NCBI GenBank assembly: GCA_002352545.1
Contig: DEIO01000017.1
Location: 4,631 to 68,630 of the forward strand
Origin: Patescibacteria group bacterium UBA2772
Lineage (GTDB): Bacteria; Patescibacteriota; Minisyncoccia; Moranbacterales; DUUL01
Reading direction: 5' to 3'
DNA length: 64,000 nt
The notes beneath the pieces were generated by a model. That model saw only the letters and a list, made by a program, of their open reading frames with translations, did no database searches and was not told where the DNA came from. The position numbers and the translations under genes were made by a program. Below, in pieces: positions 58,397-64,000 of the stretch. Position 1 is the first letter of the stretch; the number at the start of each line of letters is the position of its first letter.

Positions 58397-59443
58397 GTGA
58401 AAAAGAAAAAAGTGACTTATTTAGATGCCGGTGTGGATATTGACAAGGGAGAGGCGTTTGTGAATTTAATCAAAGGGAAATTAGCTACTACATTTCCATT
58501 TCTTTCAACGGGAAAAGTTATTACAGAACTCGGGGGCTTCAGTGCCTTAGTGGAATTACCAGATGGCAGGATTGTTGCCCTTACAACCGATGGTGTTGGA
58601 ACAAAACTAATGATTGCAATGTTGTTGGATAAGCACAATACCGTAGGTGTTGATCTTGTTGCCATGTGTGTCAATGATCTTATCGTAGGCGGTGTTATGC
58701 CAGGTGTTTTTATCGATTACATGGCTTTAGGCAAATTGTCTGTAGGTAGGGCAGACGCATTAATTGATGGAATGGTCGAAGGTTGTCGTCAGGCACAGTG
58801 TGCTCTGATTGGTGGTGAAACAGCTGAATGTCCAGGGTTGTATGGTCCCGAAGAGTATGACCTGGCTGGATTTGCAATCGGATTTGCCGATTCCAGACAA
58901 AAATTGATCTTGGGTGATGATATTCGCCCAGGAATGTATGTTTACGGGCTCCCATCTTCAGGGTTGCACTCTAATGCTTTCAGTTTGGTTAGAAAGGTTT
59001 TTGGCATCAACTTGGATACTCCAGTTGCTTCAATTCAAGCCTTGAATCAGACACTACCAGAACTTGGTAATGGAATTACATTGGGAGAAGAACTTCTTCG
59101 TCCAACCAGAATCTACGTGCAAGAGGTTGCAAGATTGATGAAGAGGTATACAATTTCTGGAATGGTAAACGTTACGGGTGGAGGATTGGAAAAAAATCCA
59201 CCGCGTATAATGCCAGAGAATTGTTCGATGGAAATATTCCTTGATACCTGGAAACCACAGCCCATTTTTTCTTTGATTCAGAAATTAGGAAATGTCAGTC
59301 AAAGTGAGATGCTCAGAGCTACTAACTACGGCATCGGATTTATGGTGATTTCACCAGATGAAATAGTCGACGGCAATGTTATCAAAATCGGTGAAATAAT
59401 CGAGCTTGATGGCAAAACAGTTTTTTTTAAGAACAAGAAATAA
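58397..59443 (+). CDS. purM: Phosphoribosylformylglycinamidine cyclo-ligase (AIR synthetase)
   Basis: Collinear with the PurM I recall: YLDAGVDIDKG, TDGVGTKL, DLVAMCVNDL, GGETAE, SSGLHSNAFSL, NVTGGG. GTG start. Confidence 0.9.
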   Translation: MKKKKVTYLDAGVDIDKGEAFVNLIKGKLATTFPFLSTGKVITELGGFSALVELPDGRIVALTTDGVGTKLMIAMLLDKHNTVGVDLVAMCVNDLIVGGVMPGVFIDYMALGKLSVGRADALIDGMVEGCRQAQCALIGGETAECPGLYGPEEYDLAGFAIGFADSRQKLILGDDIRPGMYVYGLPSSGLHSNAFSLVRKVFGINLDTPVASIQALNQTLPELGNGITLGEELLRPTRIYVQEVARLMKRYTISGMVNVTGGGLEKNPPRIMPENCSMEIFLDTWKPQPIFSLIQKLGNVSQSEMLRATNYGIGFMVISPDEIVDGNVIKIGEIIELDGKTVFFKNKK

Positions 59444-59468
59444 AGACAGTTTACCTTTAACTGTAAAA

Positions 59469-59505
59469 ACCCTCTGTACTCAAATTTGAGTCGCAGAGGG
59501 TTTTG
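59469..59505. terminator. Bidirectional terminator between purM and the small minus-strand ORF
   Basis: ACCCTCTG...CAGAGGGT long hairpin flanked by A5 and TTTTGTTT. Confidence 0.7.
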
Positions 59506-59519
59506 TTTCTAAAGATTCT

Positions 59520-59720
59520 TTATTCGGAGAGCTCTTCGTATTTACCTTCTAGATTGAAAGTGAGTACATCAAGTGCTTTTTCGTCAGCTTCGATTGCTTC
59601 AATCAAGAGAGTCGCAGTTTCATTGTCAATTTCACTAAGTGCATTTCCCCAGAGATTTTTTTGTTCTTTAGTTAAGCTAGAGGCATCGATTATCTCTAAA
59701 AGTTTTACTTCTTTTTCCAT
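59520..59720 (-). CDS. Small acidic hypothetical protein
   Basis: 66-aa ORF downstream of the ferredoxin gene on the same strand, followed by a terminator. No recognised motif. Confidence 0.45.
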   Translation of the reverse strand: MEKEVKLLEIIDASSLTKEQKNLWGNALSEIDNETATLLIEAIEADEKALDVLTFNLEGKYEELSE

Positions 59721-59778
59721 ATCAAAAATTAGTGTTAGTGTACTTTTTATAGCACTTTTAAATTATTTTTCAAATTGA

Positions 59779-59964
59779 TTATTCTTCTCTGGTCACTGAA
59801 ATTGCTCCAACAGGACATGTTGCTACTGCCTTCATAGTGCAAGGAAATTCATCTTGTGAGATGGCGACTGATTTACCTTCTTCGTTTATTTGAAAAGATT
59901 CAGGGCAACTAGCAACACAAGTTTGGCATCCAATGCAGAGTTCCTTATCAACTTTAATTTTCAT
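59779..59964 (-). CDS. Small [Fe-S] ferredoxin
   Basis: 61 aa with CIGCQTCVASCP plus a distal CP. Confidence 0.85.
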   Translation of the reverse strand: MKIKVDKELCIGCQTCVASCPESFQINEEGKSVAISQDEFPCTMKAVATCPVGAISVTREE

Positions 59965-60123
59965 TTTTTTAATAAAAAAATTAATTTAATAATCTAAGTA
60001 TATATAAATATCTAAGAGTATTCAATATGTTAGCACTAAGAGTTTTTATATTTGTGACAAAAGCAAAAGTTTAAGCTAATATGTTATAGTAAATAAAATA
60101 ATATGAAATTAAAATAAACATAG

Positions 60124-62370
60124 ATGTCAAAATTGATAGATAGCTTAAATGATAAACAAAAAGAGGCTGTTTTAAAGACAGAAGGACCCGTTTTAATTTT
60201 GGCTGGTGCGGGTAGTGGTAAAACCAGGGCGCTTACTTTTAGAATTGTTTATTTAATATTAGAAAAAAATATTTCACCTAAAAATATTCTAGCTGTTACT
60301 TTTACAAATAAAGCAGCAGGAGAAATGTTATCAAGGGTGAAGGAATTACTTAATCTTCCAGAGGAGCTTTCATCTTTTTCTTCAGATGTTCCGCATGTTG
60401 GAACCTTTCACTCTATTTGTGTCAGGATTTTGCGAAGAGAAATTGATCGAATAGGCTTTGATTCGAAGTTTGTTATTTATGATGATCAAGATCAATTAGC
60501 TCTTATGAAAAGAGTTATGAGAGAATTGGAGGTATCACAGGAACAAATTAAGCCAAAGGCAATTTTAGGAGCAATTTCTTCTGCCAAAAACAAACTTATT
60601 GATGCAGAAATGTTTGAGCAGCAACAAGGGAGCTATTTTGAAGAAACAGTTGCAAAATGTTTCTTGAGGTACGCTAAGGAGTTGAAGTTGGCGAATGCTT
60701 TGGATTTTGATGATATCATTCTTTTTATAGTAAAACTAATGCGTGAAAATCCTGATATTTTACAGAAGTATCAGACAATGTTTCGTTATATTATGGTAGA
60801 TGAGTATCAGGATACGAATCACGCTCAATATACACTTTTGAAAATGTTGGCAGATAAAAATAATAACATCTGTGTTGTAGGTGATGACTGGCAGTCTATT
60901 TATGGATGGAGAGGTGCAGATGTGCAAAATATTTTAGATTTTGAAAAGGATTATCCGGACGCAAAGGTAGTGTTGCTGGAACAAAACTATCGAAGTACTC
61001 AAAACATTCTTGATGCGGCTCATCAAGTGATTTCTAAAAACGTGAATAGAAAAGAGAAGAATATGTGGACCGAGAATGATAGTGGTGATCTTCTGACACT
61101 TTTTGAGGCTAGGGATGAAAAAACAGAGGCTAATTTTGTGACAGAAGAAATTCAAAAAATGAAAAAAGAAGAAGGTCATAAATTCGATGATTTTGCCGTT
61201 TTATATAGAACAAATGCTCAATCTCGTGCAATGGAGGAAGCTTTTATGAAGGCAGGGATTCCGTATAAGATTATCGGCGGTATGAAATTTTATCAAAGAA
61301 AAGAAGTTAAAGATATTTTAGCGTATTTATTCTTTGTGCATAATACAAAAAATAAGATTGGATTTGAACGAATAATAAATATTCCTGCAAGGGGATTGGG
61401 TGATAAGACTGTTGAAAAGATTTTCAATTTAGCTAACCAGTTTGAAGGAGATCTTCTTCGAACTGTTGAAAAAATTGCCAAAGCTAATGATTCTAGGGAA
61501 TTCGGTATCCCACCTTCGAAAGCAAAAGAATTGCAGAAATTCTACAAACTCATGGGAGACTCTCTTATGGCATCTCAAACAAAGACAGTCGCAGAGTTAA
61601 TAGAAAAAATATACAATGAAAGCGGTTATGAAAAAATGTTGGCTAAAGATGGTGAGGAAGGACAAATAAGACATGAAAATGTACAAGAGCTTTTAACAGT
61701 TGCAAGAAAATTTGATGGGTATGAAGATGGATTAGAATCATTTTTGGAGGAAGTATCCTTAGTTTCTCAGACGGATAATGATTTAGGAATTACGGAAGTT
61801 GTTCCTTTTATGACACTACATAGCGCTAAAGGACTTGAATATAACAGCGTCTTTATTGTTGGTATGGAGGAGGGTTTGTTGCCACACTCAAGGGCAACAA
61901 TGAGTGAAAGTGAAATGGAAGAAGAACGAAGACTTTGTTATGTTGGTATTACAAGGGCAAAACAAAAGGCTTACCTGCTTTACACTATGAAAAGGAATAT
62001 ATATGGTTCTACTCAAATTTCTGTAAAATCTAGATTTATTGATGAAATCGAACCTAAGTTATTTGAGCAACGTTATGATGAAAGTTATAATGAAGGTGAT
62101 TTTTTTCAGAGTGAAACTGTTATTAATCAAGGACTTGATGATTATTTCGATAATAGAAAAGATTTTTCAAAAAAAATAAATAGATTTAATATGAATAAAA
62201 ACAAGAAGCAAAAAAATCGTTCAGATTTTCGTGATGGTGAAAACATAAAGCATCCAGAGTTTGGAAATGGAATCATTGTTTCTCAAGATGAAAAAACCTT
62301 TAGTATTGTCTTCCCAACCGTAGGTCTCAAGAAGTTAGCTAAAGGATTTGCCCCACTAGAAAATGCCTAA
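60124..62370 (+). CDS. pcrA: ATP-dependent DNA helicase PcrA/UvrD family
   Basis: AGAGSGKTR, VDEYQDTN, LEQNYRST, VLYRTN, TLHSAKGLEY, YVGITRAK. Confidence 0.93.
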   Translation: MSKLIDSLNDKQKEAVLKTEGPVLILAGAGSGKTRALTFRIVYLILEKNISPKNILAVTFTNKAAGEMLSRVKELLNLPEELSSFSSDVPHVGTFHSICVRILRREIDRIGFDSKFVIYDDQDQLALMKRVMRELEVSQEQIKPKAILGAISSAKNKLIDAEMFEQQQGSYFEETVAKCFLRYAKELKLANALDFDDIILFIVKLMRENPDILQKYQTMFRYIMVDEYQDTNHAQYTLLKMLADKNNNICVVGDDWQSIYGWRGADVQNILDFEKDYPDAKVVLLEQNYRSTQNILDAAHQVISKNVNRKEKNMWTENDSGDLLTLFEARDEKTEANFVTEEIQKMKKEEGHKFDDFAVLYRTNAQSRAMEEAFMKAGIPYKIIGGMKFYQRKEVKDILAYLFFVHNTKNKIGFERIINIPARGLGDKTVEKIFNLANQFEGDLLRTVEKIAKANDSREFGIPPSKAKELQKFYKLMGDSLMASQTKTVAELIEKIYNESGYEKMLAKDGEEGQIRHENVQELLTVARKFDGYEDGLESFLEEVSLVSQTDNDLGITEVVPFMTLHSAKGLEYNSVFIVGMEEGLLPHSRATMSESEMEEERRLCYVGITRAKQKAYLLYTMKRNIYGSTQISVKSRFIDEIEPKLFEQRYDESYNEGDFFQSETVINQGLDDYFDNRKDFSKKINRFNMNKNKKQKNRSDFRDGENIKHPEFGNGIIVSQDEKTFSIVFPTVGLKKLAKGFAPLENA

Positions 62371-62495
62371 GCTTTTGTCTTGGAATAGTTGATTTTTCTT
62401 TTGTTTCTGGTAAGATAATTTGAAGTTCTTTGTCGTCTGTCTCTTTGTATCTATTTTATTTACAAAGTCTGTTTTAAATCCTTTAAATTAGGAGA

Positions 62496-63170
62496 ATGGA
62501 AGTTATGGACATTATCTTGGTTGTTTTTACAACTTTGTTTTGTTTTTTTTCTATTGTATTGTCCTATGAAACTATCAAGAACAATAAGGATTCTTTGAGA
62601 AAAGTAGTACTGAAAGATACGTATATTTTGCATCCGAATGCAATTACGACTGGGGGTATTTTATTGGCTGTTTGTTCAATGTTCTTATATTATTTTCAGT
62701 TTACTCATCTGGCAATAGTAGTTTTTATTATTGCTGCTTTCATGGATGTACTGGATGGAATGGTTGCTCGTGCTACAGGCTTAGTTACTGATGTTGGTAA
62801 AGAATTAGATCCTTTTTGCGATAAGATTCGCTATTTACTTTCTTTGATTTATTTTGCACAGATTGATATTTTGTTTAATGAGCTGGTTCTTTTTCTTGTG
62901 GTAGTTGATGTGTTTGGTCAGCTATCAAGATGGATTGTTGATTTTGCAAATGAACACTTTGGGCTTAATATTTCTATCGCAGCCAATAGTTTTGGAAAGT
63001 TGAAGACTGTATTGGCGTTATTTTTGGTAGTGTATTGTTTCTTGTTTTTACAAAAGAGTGGGGTTCTTAATTTAACAAATGAAATTCTATCTGTTGTTTT
63101 TTGTTCGGCTATATTATCAGTTATTTTTAAGTTCAACAAAAAAGCTTCAATCTCTAAAAAAATTGTATAA
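62496..63170 (+). CDS. CDP-alcohol phosphatidyltransferase family protein
   Basis: Signature DVLDGMVARATGLVTDVGKELDPFCDK. The SD AGGAGA abuts ATG 62496, so ATG 62505 may be the true start. Confidence 0.8.
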   Translation: MEVMDIILVVFTTLFCFFSIVLSYETIKNNKDSLRKVVLKDTYILHPNAITTGGILLAVCSMFLYYFQFTHLAIVVFIIAAFMDVLDGMVARATGLVTDVGKELDPFCDKIRYLLSLIYFAQIDILFNELVLFLVVVDVFGQLSRWIVDFANEHFGLNISIAANSFGKLKTVLALFLVVYCFLFLQKSGVLNLTNEILSVVFCSAILSVIFKFNKKASISKKIV

Positions 63171-63202
63171 AGAAAGTGTTTACTGAGTGGTGGAGTGTGA
63201 AA

Positions 63203-63237
63203 AGGGATTGAGATAAAAGTATCTTTACCCCTTTTTT
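63203..63237 (+). terminator. Intrinsic terminator
   Basis: AGGG...AGATA-AAAG-TATCT...CCCC compound hairpin followed by T6. Confidence 0.5.
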
Positions 63238-63313
63238 ATTTTGACATTAAACTAAAAATATTTTGATTTTTAAGTCTTAACATGTTTTTGAACTTTGGTA
63301 ATTATTTAAAATT

Positions 63314-63346
63314 AAAAACGCAGAACCCAAGATTTGGATTCTGCGT
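63314..63346 (-). terminator. Intrinsic terminator after the GGDEF gene
   Basis: Minus strand ACGCAGAATCC-loop-GGGTTCTGCGT followed by TTTTT. Confidence 0.7.
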
Positions 63347-63357
63347 TGCAATGAAGT

Positions 63358-63957
63358 TTATTGATAAACTCTATTACGACCACATTTTTTTGCTCTGTAA
63401 AGATTTTGATCCGCTTCTTCAAGCAAACTCTTAACAGTATCTTCTTTGTTTGAAAGGGTAGCAATCCCCATGCTTAACGTTACGACATCGGAAACATCTG
63501 AGCATACATGTTCAATATCTAACTCTTCGATGCGCCCTCGTGCAATTTCGGCAACAATTTCTGCTCCAGATCCTGGAGTATTCGGAAGAACAAAAATAAA
63601 TTCTTCTCCTCCATAACGTGCAACAATATCACCTGGTCTGTATAGTGTGCTCTGAAGTTTTTGAGCTATACTTTTAAGGACTACATCACCTTTTTGGTGA
63701 CCGTAAAAATCGTTAAACTTTTTAAAGTAATCAATGTCGATCATTACCAGTGATAATGGTTGTATGTCGCGTTTTGCTTTACGCAATTCTTGTTCAACTC
63801 TTGTGTCAAAAAATCTTCTGTTGGGGATTTCAGTTAGTCCATCAATCATTGAAATTTTTTCAAGTTCAGAATTTCTGTGTCTTAGCTCAAGCACTTCTTT
63901 TCCCAGCTCTTCTATTATTAGTTTCAATTGAGTAATTTCCAGATCTTTTCTTGACAT
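63358..63957 (-). CDS. Diguanylate cyclase (GGDEF domain) with short coiled-coil N-terminus
   Basis: RYGGEEF active-site motif and the DIDYFKKFND metal site. 199 aa, with no sensor domain. Confidence 0.88.
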   Translation of the reverse strand: MSRKDLEITQLKLIIEELGKEVLELRHRNSELEKISMIDGLTEIPNRRFFDTRVEQELRKAKRDIQPLSLVMIDIDYFKKFNDFYGHQKGDVVLKSIAQKLQSTLYRPGDIVARYGGEEFIFVLPNTPGSGAEIVAEIARGRIEELDIEHVCSDVSDVVTLSMGIATLSNKEDTVKSLLEEADQNLYRAKKCGRNRVYQ

Positions 63958-64000
63958 AACGAACTCCTTTCTCTCTTGAATGAGAGTTTCTGATTTGTGC

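Noticed and set aside
57751-59443. Horizontal acquisition of cdsA-purM, inferred from visibly higher GC than neighbouring membrane-protein genes.
   Set aside because: Spot counts show a similar GC level in other conserved soluble-protein genes: a 60-nt stretch of recA gives 27/60, against 29/60 in purM. The contrast reflects protein type rather than foreign origin.

Overview
Low-GC, densely coded bacterial chromosome segment. Its gene content looks like a reduced-genome CPR/Patescibacteria-type organism; that placement is inference, not shown by the sequence. Standard genetic code: TGA ends tgt and the RodZ-like gene. Housekeeping genes recognised from motifs: ileS (5' partial), pnp, rpsB-tsf, a PSP1/RicT-like gene, a tRNA-Thr/Tyr/Thr cluster, rnj, a PGI/PMI-type isomerase, secG, uvrB, tRNA-Glu, recO, tgt, a RodZ-like gene, recA, a PrsW-like gene, pth, an LCP-family gene, rlmH, glgP-like, cdsA, purM, a ferredoxin, pcrA, a CDP-alcohol phosphatidyltransferase and a GGDEF cyclase. 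Most notable accessory content: (1) a same-strand locus at 45.4-55.8 kb with a FecR-domain membrane protein, a 2,506-aa N-terminally anchored giant protein built as 2 x (12 Kelch-like blades + beta-sandwich + FN3-like) plus an FN3-like array, and a MacB/FtsX-type ABC pair whose ATPase start overlaps the giant gene's stop; (2) three paralogous membrane-anchored proteins sharing a four-Cys lysozyme-like domain; (3) a membrane-tethered double AAA+ Clp-like ATPase; (4) a decaying zone after tRNA-Glu holding a ~60% GC internally duplicated element, a Nudix pseudogene and two damaged paralogs; (5) a 740-nt gene-free region with a near-consensus orphan promoter, long hairpins and two perfect tandem DnaA boxes; (6) a promoter-hairpin-terminator small-RNA candidate. 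No CRISPR array, transposase, integrase or rRNA was seen.
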